64,000 nucleotides of DNA from a virus: IMG/VR virus record IMGVR_UViG_3300046333_000120. One strand, 5' to 3'. The notes beneath the pieces are model-generated. The model made no database searches, was not told where the DNA came from, and saw only the letters and a program-made list of their open reading frames with translations. This document shows positions 19,464 through 27,284 of the stretch, one piece after another. The translations under genes and the position numbers were made by a program. Numbering within the stretch: the first letter of the stretch is position 1; each line of letters starts with the position of its first letter.

Positions 19464-19829
19464 ATGCCAAGTACTAGTATAGCGCAACAGCATCTAATGG
19501 GTATGGCATATTCTCTTAAAAAAGGAGAAATGGATCCTAAAGATGCAAGTCAAGAAGTAAAGGATCTTTCAGATTCTATGACACTTCAACAATTAAAGGA
19601 TTTTGCAAGTACAAAACATGAAGGACTTCCAAAGAAGGCAGATGAAGGAGTTTCTTCTGAAAGCATTGGAGGTATGGGAGCGACTTTATTGCCTACTGCA
19701 ACTCAACCAGGATCTGGGGATGTTCTATCAGGGGCAGGTGATGCAGAAGAGGAATACAAGAAAAAGAAAAGAAAGCGAGAAGGTATGTTAAAAACCTTTG
19801 AACAGTTTATAAATGAACAATATAATTAA
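19464..19829 (+). CDS. DUF3008-like protein with C-terminal targeting-like motif
   Basis: MPSTSIAQQHLMGMA...SMTLQQLKDFASTKHEGLP matches the DUF3008 pattern; ends MLKTFEQFINEQYN. Confidence 0.6.
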   Translation: MPSTSIAQQHLMGMAYSLKKGEMDPKDASQEVKDLSDSMTLQQLKDFASTKHEGLPKKADEGVSSESIGGMGATLLPTATQPGSGDVLSGAGDAEEEYKKKKRKREGMLKTFEQFINEQYN

Positions 19830-19880
19830 TAATTTGAGTATCATCGAATTAACCCCTCCATAAATAGTATTTATGGACCG

Positions 19881-19912
19881 AAGACCCTAAGAAATTAGGG
19901 TCTTTTATTTTT
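19881..19912 (+). terminator. intrinsic terminator closing the internal-protein cluster
   Basis: AAGACCCTAA-GAAA-TTAGGGTCTT followed by a T-rich tail; a second hairpin CCATAAAT/ATTTATGG at 19858-19876. Confidence 0.8.
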
Positions 19913-19964
19913 ATGAAACAATTTAAATAACTATTATATAAGTATAACATTTAACTTATATCAT

Positions 19965-20225
19965 ATGAATTATATTTTTAGGCCGGAAAACTGGAGTAAA
20001 TGGTCAGTTTTAGCAATCGATAAAATAAATAAAACAATAGATTCATGCTCTACTCAGGAACATTTGAATGTTGCCAAGGTAATGGTTGATAACTTTATAA
20101 TAATAACTGCCTTAGAAGATAATATAACAGAGAAAGATCTAGAAGATGTTATGAAATTGTTTTGGTTAAAATTAGACTTACAAAATCAATTAATTTTTGA
20201 AACAAATTTAAAAGTATTAGTATAA
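19965..20225 (+). CDS. hypothetical protein (86 aa)
   Basis: ORF downstream of GAAAC-N17-TATAA at 19915. Confidence 0.6.
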   Translation: MNYIFRPENWSKWSVLAIDKINKTIDSCSTQEHLNVAKVMVDNFIIITALEDNITEKDLEDVMKLFWLKLDLQNQLIFETNLKVLV

Positions 20226-20249
20226 ATTAAGAATATAAAAAATAACACA

Positions 20250-21674
20250 ATGAAATTTGTAGACGCTTTAAGACAAGAAGACATTTTAACAGAAAATGGA
20301 ATGGCAACAAATTCAACTTCGTTGAATGCATGCGTTGATTTATTCTTTAATATTGGTGCAATGCGAGGTCAAGATAAACAACGTTTACTTGCAACTTTCT
20401 CTAAAGCTTTCAATGAAGACCCTAAGCGTGCTATGAAACTTTTGTTTTGGGCAAGAGATGTTAGAGGTGGAGCAGGAGAACGCCAGATATTTAAGGATAT
20501 TTTAGTTTATTTAGCTGAAAATCACGATTTGGCTTTAAAACCAAATTTAGATTTAATTGCAGAGTATGGTCGTTTTGATGATTTATTATCTTTATTAGGA
20601 ACTTATTTAGAAAATGATGCTTTACGAATTATATCAGATGCACTTAACACTGAAAATGGATTATGTGCAAAATGGATGCCTCGTAAGGGTCAAAATGCAG
20701 AAAAAATCCGTGCATTCTTAAAATTATCACCAAAACAGTATCGTAAAACTTTAGTTAATTTAACGAATGTTGTTGAAACTAAAATGTGTGCTAAAGAATG
20801 GGACACTATTGATTTTGGTAAATTACCATCAGTAGCTTCTGCAAGATATCAAAAAGCTTTTGGTAAAAATGCATACACAAGTTACTCTGCTTATATAGAA
20901 TCCCTTGTAAAGGGAGAAGCTAAAATAAATGCAGGTGCTATTTATCCTTATGATGTTACTAAGTCATTAACACATGGTAATGCAAAGGTAGCAAACGAAC
21001 AATGGAAAGCCCTTCCAAATTATCTAGAAGGTGCAAACGATATGATTTTACCAGTAGTGGATGTTTCAGGTTCAATGTCATCTCCAGCAGGTGGTAGTAA
21101 AACTGTAACTTGTATGGATGTTGCTATCTCTTTGGGTCTTTATATTTCTGAAAGAAATGAAGGTGCTTTTAAGGATGCTTTTATTACATTCTCAAGTAAT
21201 CCACAACTACAATTATTAAGTGGTTCATTAAGTGAGCGTTATGCACAAATGTCAAATGCAGATTGGGGAATGTCTACAAATCTGGAGTCAACCTTTAAAT
21301 TAATTTTAAATCAAGCGACTAAACATAATTTATCTCAAGCTGAAATGCCAAATAAAATTCTAATATTATCAGATATGGAATTTAATCAAGCAACTTCAAC
21401 TGGTTGGAGAAATGAAGCATCATGGAACCCAACAGCTCAACAAGTAATTAACGACATGTATGAGTCTTCAGGTTACAAAATGCCTCAAATTGTTTATTGG
21501 AACATTCAATCCAGAAATGGAGGAGTACCAGTTGCATTTGATACAGCAGGAACTGCATTAATTTCAGGATTCTCTCCAGCAATTATGACAAGCTTACTTG
21601 GAGGAGATATTGAATCTCCACAGCAAATCATGGATAAAACAATTTTGAGTGAGAGATACGCTCCAATTGTTTAA
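20250..21674 (+). CDS. DUF2828-family protein: helical N-region plus vWA domain (Ro60/TROVE-like architecture)
   Basis: TENG, RDVRGGAGER, YGRFDDL and AKWMPR motifs; MIDAS motifs VVDVSGSM and ILSDMEF, plus YWN. Confidence 0.8.
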   Translation: MKFVDALRQEDILTENGMATNSTSLNACVDLFFNIGAMRGQDKQRLLATFSKAFNEDPKRAMKLLFWARDVRGGAGERQIFKDILVYLAENHDLALKPNLDLIAEYGRFDDLLSLLGTYLENDALRIISDALNTENGLCAKWMPRKGQNAEKIRAFLKLSPKQYRKTLVNLTNVVETKMCAKEWDTIDFGKLPSVASARYQKAFGKNAYTSYSAYIESLVKGEAKINAGAIYPYDVTKSLTHGNAKVANEQWKALPNYLEGANDMILPVVDVSGSMSSPAGGSKTVTCMDVAISLGLYISERNEGAFKDAFITFSSNPQLQLLSGSLSERYAQMSNADWGMSTNLESTFKLILNQATKHNLSQAEMPNKILILSDMEFNQATSTGWRNEASWNPTAQQVINDMYESSGYKMPQIVYWNIQSRNGGVPVAFDTAGTALISGFSPAIMTSLLGGDIESPQQIMDKTILSERYAPIV

Positions 21675-21688
21675 GATATATAATAAAA

Positions 21689-21748
21689 TTGGTTCTTTAC
21701 AGCAAATAATAAACAAGCAAAACAATTAGCAACTACGATTAGAACCAG
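21689..21748 (+). ncRNA. putative small structured RNA 1 (Y-RNA-like architecture)
   Basis: 5' TGGTTCT pairs with 3' AGAACCA; TACAGCAAA lies one nt after the 5' arm; starts just after the late motif at 21675. Confidence 0.5.
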
Positions 21749-21750
21749 GT

Positions 21751-21985
21751 GGATCGGTACAGCAAAAAGTACAAACACAGATATGATAGCCAACGTATTA
21801 CAGAGATAGCATCAAGTATAACAGGCAAATGGAAGTTTACCAGTATAAAAAATGGACAAACGTCATACCACCTCAATAGGTGACAAGTAGGATGGGTCGA
21901 AGTTTAGTAGACGCTCACGAAAGTCAAAGCCGAAGACGTAAAAACAAGGTTATTCTGCCGAGAAGAAAATCACGAACAACGATCC
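21751..21985 (+). ncRNA. putative structured RNA 2 (Y-RNA-like architecture, ~235 nt)
   Basis: 5' GGATCG pairs with 3' CGATCC; TACAGCAAA lies one nt after the 5' arm; internal hairpins; GC-richer than other intergenic DNA; followed by a terminator. Confidence 0.5.
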
Positions 21986-21996
21986 CGTTATAATTT

Positions 21997-22023
21997 AATC
22001 CAGACTTAAGTCTGGATTTTTTT
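21997..22023 (+). terminator. intrinsic terminator after the non-coding unit
   Basis: AATCCAGAC-TTAA-GTCTGGATT followed by a T-run. Confidence 0.8.
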
Positions 22024-22090
22024 ATGCAAATATTCCATTTAGTTTCGAAACAAATTATCAATTCGATATATAATAACTAAACACGAATTT

Positions 22091-22363
22091 ATGAATAATA
22101 TTTTAGAAGAAGCAAATCAAATTGTTAATCGCAGGTCAGAAGAAGCTGATCGTAATTATGGTCCATTTTCAGAAGGAATGGATAGAGCTGCCTTAATTTT
22201 TCAAGGTATGACTGGAATTGAAGTTACAGGAGAACATATGTTTAAGGCACTTATTGCTCTTAAGTTTTCAAGGGAATCTTATAACCATAAGAAAGATAAT
22301 TTATTAGATGCAGTTGCGTATATCCAAGGATTAGATAACTACATTAACGAAAAACAAGTTTAA
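22091..22363 (+). CDS. small all-alpha dNTP diphosphohydrolase-like protein (DUF6378-like)
   Basis: ILEEA...DRNYG...LKFSRE...DNLLDAVAY pattern. Confidence 0.55.
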   Translation: MNNILEEANQIVNRRSEEADRNYGPFSEGMDRAALIFQGMTGIEVTGEHMFKALIALKFSRESYNHKKDNLLDAVAYIQGLDNYINEKQV

Positions 22364-22364
22364 T

Positions 22365-23459
22365 ATGAAAATACTTTTTACAGGGTGTACCGCAAAACAA
22401 ATAGATGATGATGCTTATAAAAGAGCAAGAGTAAAAAGAATTGATGACAGTTCCATTATTTGTAATTCTTTAAGAAAACAAGGATATTCAGTAGATCGTA
22501 AACCTGTTAAATGGGGAGAAGATCTTTCAGAATATGGATTAGCAATTATTGGAGTTGGACAATTTGGTTCAAACAATTACTCTGGAGAAATCTTCAATGT
22601 TCTATATGCACTTAAAACAGTAAAGAATGTTATTATATTTCATGAAGATTGGAAAATCGATGGAACTATGAAATCTTGGGCAGGCATGTTAAATCAAGAA
22701 ACATTCGATAAATCAATTGCAAAAAAATGGAGTGATGGCAAATATTTTTATGGAGGTGTAGATAATCCAAATTTCAATCCAACTGAAGCAATTGAAGTTA
22801 TTCGCAAAGTTGTTAATGGGGAATTTGAAAATGCATTAATTCCTGCATTTGATTGGGGAGATAAAGAAAAGGTTAGAGATATTATTAAAGTAAAAAATAT
22901 ATTTAATATAGATCTAACTCCTTATGTATTAGACACATGGAATATTAAATTAGATGTAGAACCACAGGTAAAGGAGAAAAAACATATGCTTGCTTCACTT
23001 GTTGACCATCGACCATGGGTTCGAAGGAATAAATTAAAATGGCAAGTAGATTATTTTGGTGCAAAGAGTATTAAAGAGGCTAGTCAGTTGGCAACAGAAA
23101 CTGACGTATTCGAAGCGTGTGGAAAGTATTGGGGAATTTTATGTCCAGAATATCCTCATGCAGGTTCAGGTTGGTTTAGAATTAGATGGATTTATGCTGC
23201 AATTCAAAAATCAGTATTATTATCCTCACCGAAAGACCTAGAGGCACTTGGATTACCACAGAGTAACATTGAGATGTTGAGTGATAATCAACTAGAAGAA
23301 TATGCAAAGTTACAGTCTGACACTGTATTGTCTTATATGTGGAGCAAAAACGCATTTGATGAAAAGGTTGCAGGAATGGTAGAAATATTATGTGATACTT
23401 TGTCTAAAGATACTGAAACTAAAGTTGCAGCACCGCTTAAACAAAACGCACTTTTTTAG
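22365..23459 (+). CDS. GT-B glycosyltransferase, candidate DNA glycosyltransferase (T4 beta-glucosyltransferase-like)
   Basis: MKILFTG start; IIFHEDWK and GWFRIRWIYAAIQKSVLL segments resemble BGT/GT-B patterns; 364 aa; flanked by nucleotide pyrophosphatases. Confidence 0.5.
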   Translation: MKILFTGCTAKQIDDDAYKRARVKRIDDSSIICNSLRKQGYSVDRKPVKWGEDLSEYGLAIIGVGQFGSNNYSGEIFNVLYALKTVKNVIIFHEDWKIDGTMKSWAGMLNQETFDKSIAKKWSDGKYFYGGVDNPNFNPTEAIEVIRKVVNGEFENALIPAFDWGDKEKVRDIIKVKNIFNIDLTPYVLDTWNIKLDVEPQVKEKKHMLASLVDHRPWVRRNKLKWQVDYFGAKSIKEASQLATETDVFEACGKYWGILCPEYPHAGSGWFRIRWIYAAIQKSVLLSSPKDLEALGLPQSNIEMLSDNQLEEYAKLQSDTVLSYMWSKNAFDEKVAGMVEILCDTLSKDTETKVAAPLKQNALF

Positions 23460-23482
23460 TACAACTATTATATAAAAAACTT

Positions 23483-23950
23483 ATGGCAAATATAGATAAC
23501 GAATGTAAAGACCTGGAAGTTAATGACTTCTACAATGAATCAACAACCCACTTAGCGGATATTATGGAAAACCAAAAGAAGATGCAAGAGCAGACTTATG
23601 GTTTTAATTTTGAAGATATGACGCTTAGAGAGATTATGAACTTTTGGCATGTTAATACACATGCAGTAATTGATGAAATTCACGAGATGACTGATGCATT
23701 AGGAGGTATTAAAGACGGTAGTGGAAATGCAGTATGGAAATATTGGAAAAAAGACTTTGCCAAATACGAAACCTTAAAAATTAGTGACCTATCAGAAGGT
23801 GATAAAAAGGAATTGTATATGGAATGGGTCGACATCATGCACTTCTTTATAAATTATGCAGCGTCTATTGGGCTAGATGCAAAAACTGCATACAATTATT
23901 ACTTTGCAAAAGCAGAGGCAAATGTTCAACGTCAGAAAAACAACTATTAA
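23483..23950 (+). CDS. dimeric dUTPase/dCTPase (MazG-like, T4 gp56-like)
   Basis: DEIHE, WKYWKK, EWVDIMHF and K...N..RQ..NY motifs. Confidence 0.8.
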   Translation: MANIDNECKDLEVNDFYNESTTHLADIMENQKKMQEQTYGFNFEDMTLREIMNFWHVNTHAVIDEIHEMTDALGGIKDGSGNAVWKYWKKDFAKYETLKISDLSEGDKKELYMEWVDIMHFFINYAASIGLDAKTAYNYYFAKAEANVQRQKNNY

Positions 23951-25347
23951 TGATATTAGATATCGAGCAAAGAGAAAAGGATATCATCATATCCTATTAT
24001 AATGACAAAGGTGAAGTAGCATTTAAACAATATCCTATTGACAAATTCCAAAATTGGTATGTGTGTGACGACAAAGATAAAGCAGCAAGTACACAATTTA
24101 AAAATTGGGATGGTCGTAAAGTTAAACTAGGATATGGTAGACAATTTAATAAGTTTTCAATTCTTTACTTTTTAGATTCTCTTTCTGAGAAAGATAAAAA
24201 AGAATTGACAGCATACAATATGCCAAAGACTTACTTCGTCGATATCGAAACTGAAATTGTTGATGGCTTTCCAAAGGCAGAAGAAGCTAAAAGTAGAATT
24301 CTTTCCTTTTCAATTATTACACCAGAACGTAAAGCAATCGTATTAGGTCTTGAAGACATGGATTCAGATAGTATTAAAAAAATACAAGATGATACCAATG
24401 AATATTTCAAAGATTTTGACCAAGATTGGGAATTTAAATATTATAAATTTAAATCCGAATATGATATGGTATACACATTCTTAATGAAGTTCCTACCTAA
24501 ATTCCCAATGATGACAGGTTGGAACTTTATAAACTATGACTGGCAATATATCGTAAATCGATGCAAAAGATTACAAATTGATATTAGTGAAGTTAGTATG
24601 ACAAAGGAGGTTGATAAATCTGATAGTAGACCTCTTCATATTGGAATTCTAGATTACATGCAATTATATGATAAGTATGATAGAAGTGTTAAGGTAAAAG
24701 AATCTAATTCTCTTGATTATGTTTCAAGTCAAGTATTAAAGGTTAATAAGATTAAATTCACTGGATCTTTACAAGATCTTTACAGAGATAATTTTACAAA
24801 GTATATTTACTACAATGTAGTCGATTCTGTATTGGTTTATTATATTGACCAAAAACTAAAATCAATGGAAGTACTTTTAACACTTGCAAATATCACAAAC
24901 ATGCCATTATATAAGGCAAGTTCTCCTGTGGCAGTTACAGAAGCTATTATGGCCAGAAAACTCGCAGAACAAGGAATGAGAATTGGCAGTGAGGAAAAGA
25001 AAGATTCTAACAAAGATGGTCAATATGCAGGTGCATTTGTAAAAGAACCAATACTTGGATTTTATGAAGGTGTAAGTGCATTCGATTTTGCTTCCCTATA
25101 TCCTTCAATCATGAGGCAGTTTAATATTTCACCAGATGCATATATTGAAAAAATAAGTAAAAGCGAAATTGCTGAACGAAGAAAGGATAAAGACATAATT
25201 GTATGTGACAATGGAGTTGTATATAATAATGAAGATTCTATTCTCAGAAAAATATTAAGTGACTTATATGAACAACGTAAAGATTACAAAAAAACATCGT
25301 ATGAATACTATTCAAAGGCAGATCATTTAAAAAAAATGCTCAAATAA
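23950..25347 (+). CDS. family B DNA polymerase, N-terminal subunit (exonuclease + motif A; gp43A-like)
   Basis: ExoI VDIETE, GWNFINYDW, YNVVDS and motif A DFASLYPSIM; ends after RKDYKK. The true start is the ATG overlapping the dCTPase stop (TAATG). Confidence 0.9.
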   Translation: MILDIEQREKDIIISYYNDKGEVAFKQYPIDKFQNWYVCDDKDKAASTQFKNWDGRKVKLGYGRQFNKFSILYFLDSLSEKDKKELTAYNMPKTYFVDIETEIVDGFPKAEEAKSRILSFSIITPERKAIVLGLEDMDSDSIKKIQDDTNEYFKDFDQDWEFKYYKFKSEYDMVYTFLMKFLPKFPMMTGWNFINYDWQYIVNRCKRLQIDISEVSMTKEVDKSDSRPLHIGILDYMQLYDKYDRSVKVKESNSLDYVSSQVLKVNKIKFTGSLQDLYRDNFTKYIYYNVVDSVLVYYIDQKLKSMEVLLTLANITNMPLYKASSPVAVTEAIMARKLAEQGMRIGSEEKKDSNKDGQYAGAFVKEPILGFYEGVSAFDFASLYPSIMRQFNISPDAYIEKISKSEIAERRKDKDIIVCDNGVVYNNEDSILRKILSDLYEQRKDYKKTSYEYYSKADHLKKMLK

Positions 25348-25386
25348 AGATTATATATAACTAACAAAAAAATTACTAAATACACA

Positions 25387-26367
25387 ATGAGCGGAAATAT
25401 CTTTGAAAAACGAATAAATATTTTACCTTACGAATACCCCCAACTTTTAGCATATAAAGATGCAATAAGACATTCATATTGGATTCACACAGAATTCAAT
25501 TTCACAACAGATATTGATGATTTTAAAACAAAAATCTCTAGTGAAGAACGAGAAGTTATCAAAAGATCAATGTTAGCGATCGCACAAATCGAAGTTAATG
25601 TTAAAACATTTTGGGCAGATCTTTATAAAAGAATGCCAATTACAGAAATTGGAGATGTTGGTATGACATTTGCAGAATCTGAAGTAAGACACAAGGATGC
25701 TTACGCACAATTATTAAGAATCCTGGGATTAGAAGATGAATTCCAACATGTGGTAGAAATTCCGGCAATTAAAGACAGAATAGCATATTTATCAAAATAC
25801 TTAGATGGTACAAGAAGTAAGGACAATAAAATGTATACAAAATCCGTATTGTTATTTTCATTGTTTATTGAACATGTTAGTTTATTTAGCCAATTCTTCA
25901 TCATGATGTCTTTCAACAAAGAGAAAAACTTATTTAAAGGTATTTCAAATGTAGTTGAAGCAACAAGTAAAGAGGAAGAAATCCATGGAAACTTTGGCTC
26001 TGAATTAATTAACATTATTAAGAAAGAAAATCCAGAATGGTTTGATGAGGAGTTTGAACAACTTATAGATTCTGCATGTAAAAAAGCATATCTAGCAGAG
26101 GTTAAAATCCTTGATTGGATTTTTGAAAATGGAGAACTTGATTTTCTATCAAAGGAAACAATTAAACAGTTTATTCAAAATCGTTTTAATAATTCTTTAC
26201 AAAGAATTGGAATGAAACCAATATTTGATGTTGATTTTACAGAGGTAGAGAAATCTTTATGGTTTGACGTTGAGATTCTTTCAACTAAAGAGGGAGACTT
26301 TTTTTATAAGAAGCAAATTGATTATTTTAAGAAAGGTAAATCAATAACTGAAGATGATTTGTTTTAA
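25387..26367 (+). CDS. nrdB: ribonucleotide reductase class I beta subunit
   Basis: Diiron motifs ESEVRHKDAY, EHVSLFSQF and KEEEIH. Confidence 0.92.
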   Translation: MSGNIFEKRINILPYEYPQLLAYKDAIRHSYWIHTEFNFTTDIDDFKTKISSEEREVIKRSMLAIAQIEVNVKTFWADLYKRMPITEIGDVGMTFAESEVRHKDAYAQLLRILGLEDEFQHVVEIPAIKDRIAYLSKYLDGTRSKDNKMYTKSVLLFSLFIEHVSLFSQFFIMMSFNKEKNLFKGISNVVEATSKEEEIHGNFGSELINIIKKENPEWFDEEFEQLIDSACKKAYLAEVKILDWIFENGELDFLSKETIKQFIQNRFNNSLQRIGMKPIFDVDFTEVEKSLWFDVEILSTKEGDFFYKKQIDYFKKGKSITEDDLF

Positions 26368-26436
26368 TTAATGTCCTTTTTTGATAAAAAAATTCAAATG
26401 ATTGAGATATATAAACTATAAAAATATCTTAATCAA

Positions 26437-27258
26437 ATGAATTGGACAATCATATATAAAAACCTAATAGATAATGCAATCTTAGAAAAAAGAACTAAAA
26501 GTACTGAAATATATTATGAAAATCATCATATTGTTCCAAAACACATGGGAGGTGATAATTCTAATAATAATTTAGTACTTTTAACATTTAGAGAGCATGT
26601 ATTAGCACACTATTTATTATGGAGAATCCATGGATATGAAGGTGATAAATTAATGTATTCTCTTAGAAATCTTCAAACAGAAGAAGCTCAAAGATTAAGA
26701 GTTAAACTAGCAGTTGAGGCAAATAGAAATGGAGGTAAAGGATTTAGACTATGGGATGGTGATAAAAATCCAATGAAAGATCCATTAAAGGTTAAGCAAG
26801 CATTAGAAAGTAAGAGAGAAAAGTACGATGGTGGTGTAATGTCGATGGAAGCCAAGAAACAATGGCTTCCTAAAATTAAGATGAGAATGCAAGAAATGGC
26901 AAAGGACCCTGAAATACAAGAAAAACGTTCTAAAACTATTAAACAAATTAATGCAACCCTAACTCCGGAAGAATTTGCACTAAAATATAATAATGCTGGT
27001 AAAAATAATGGAAATTATGGTTGGATTAAAGGGTATTATGATGTAATTGACCCTGATGGAAATGTTACAAAATATGAAAGTCAAGAGAACATTATAAAGG
27101 AGTTAAATATATCTCAATCATTTTTAGTTAGGAATAGAAACAAAGGAGTTTTATTCACAAAACCAAAGAAAAATGCCGGACAATGGAACGGATGGACTTT
27201 TAATTACTTTAAACTTCCATGTCCAACTACTGGTAGAATACAAAAAGAACACAAATAA
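26437..27258 (+). mobile_element. free-standing HNH homing endonuclease (Mob-like) between nrdB and nrdA
   Basis: N-terminal YYENHHIVPKHMGG...NLVLLTFREHVLAH motif and a basic C-terminal DNA-binding region. Confidence 0.85.
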
Positions 27259-27284
27259 TAAAATTTAAAAACAAAGCAAACTAA

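Noticed and set aside
21689-21985. tRNA, tmRNA or CRISPR interpretation of the non-coding unit
   Set aside because: No cloverleaf or T-loop GTTC motif, no CCA end, and only two short motif copies with very unequal spacing.
21892-21993. 33-codon Arg-rich ORF (MGRSLVDAHESQSRRRKNK...) inside the putative RNA 2
   Set aside because: It lacks the A-rich leader seen at real starts, uses atypical codons, and overlaps the closing stem. It is not excluded without ribosome profiling.
23824-23949. Annotated N-terminal extension of the polymerase (507 aa)
   Set aside because: It overlaps the dCTPase gene; the TAATG-coupled ATG at 23950 is the more plausible start.
26437-27258. HNH gene as an intron-encoded ORF within an nrd gene
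   Set aside because: nrdB and nrdA both appear complete, so the endonuclease is free-standing.
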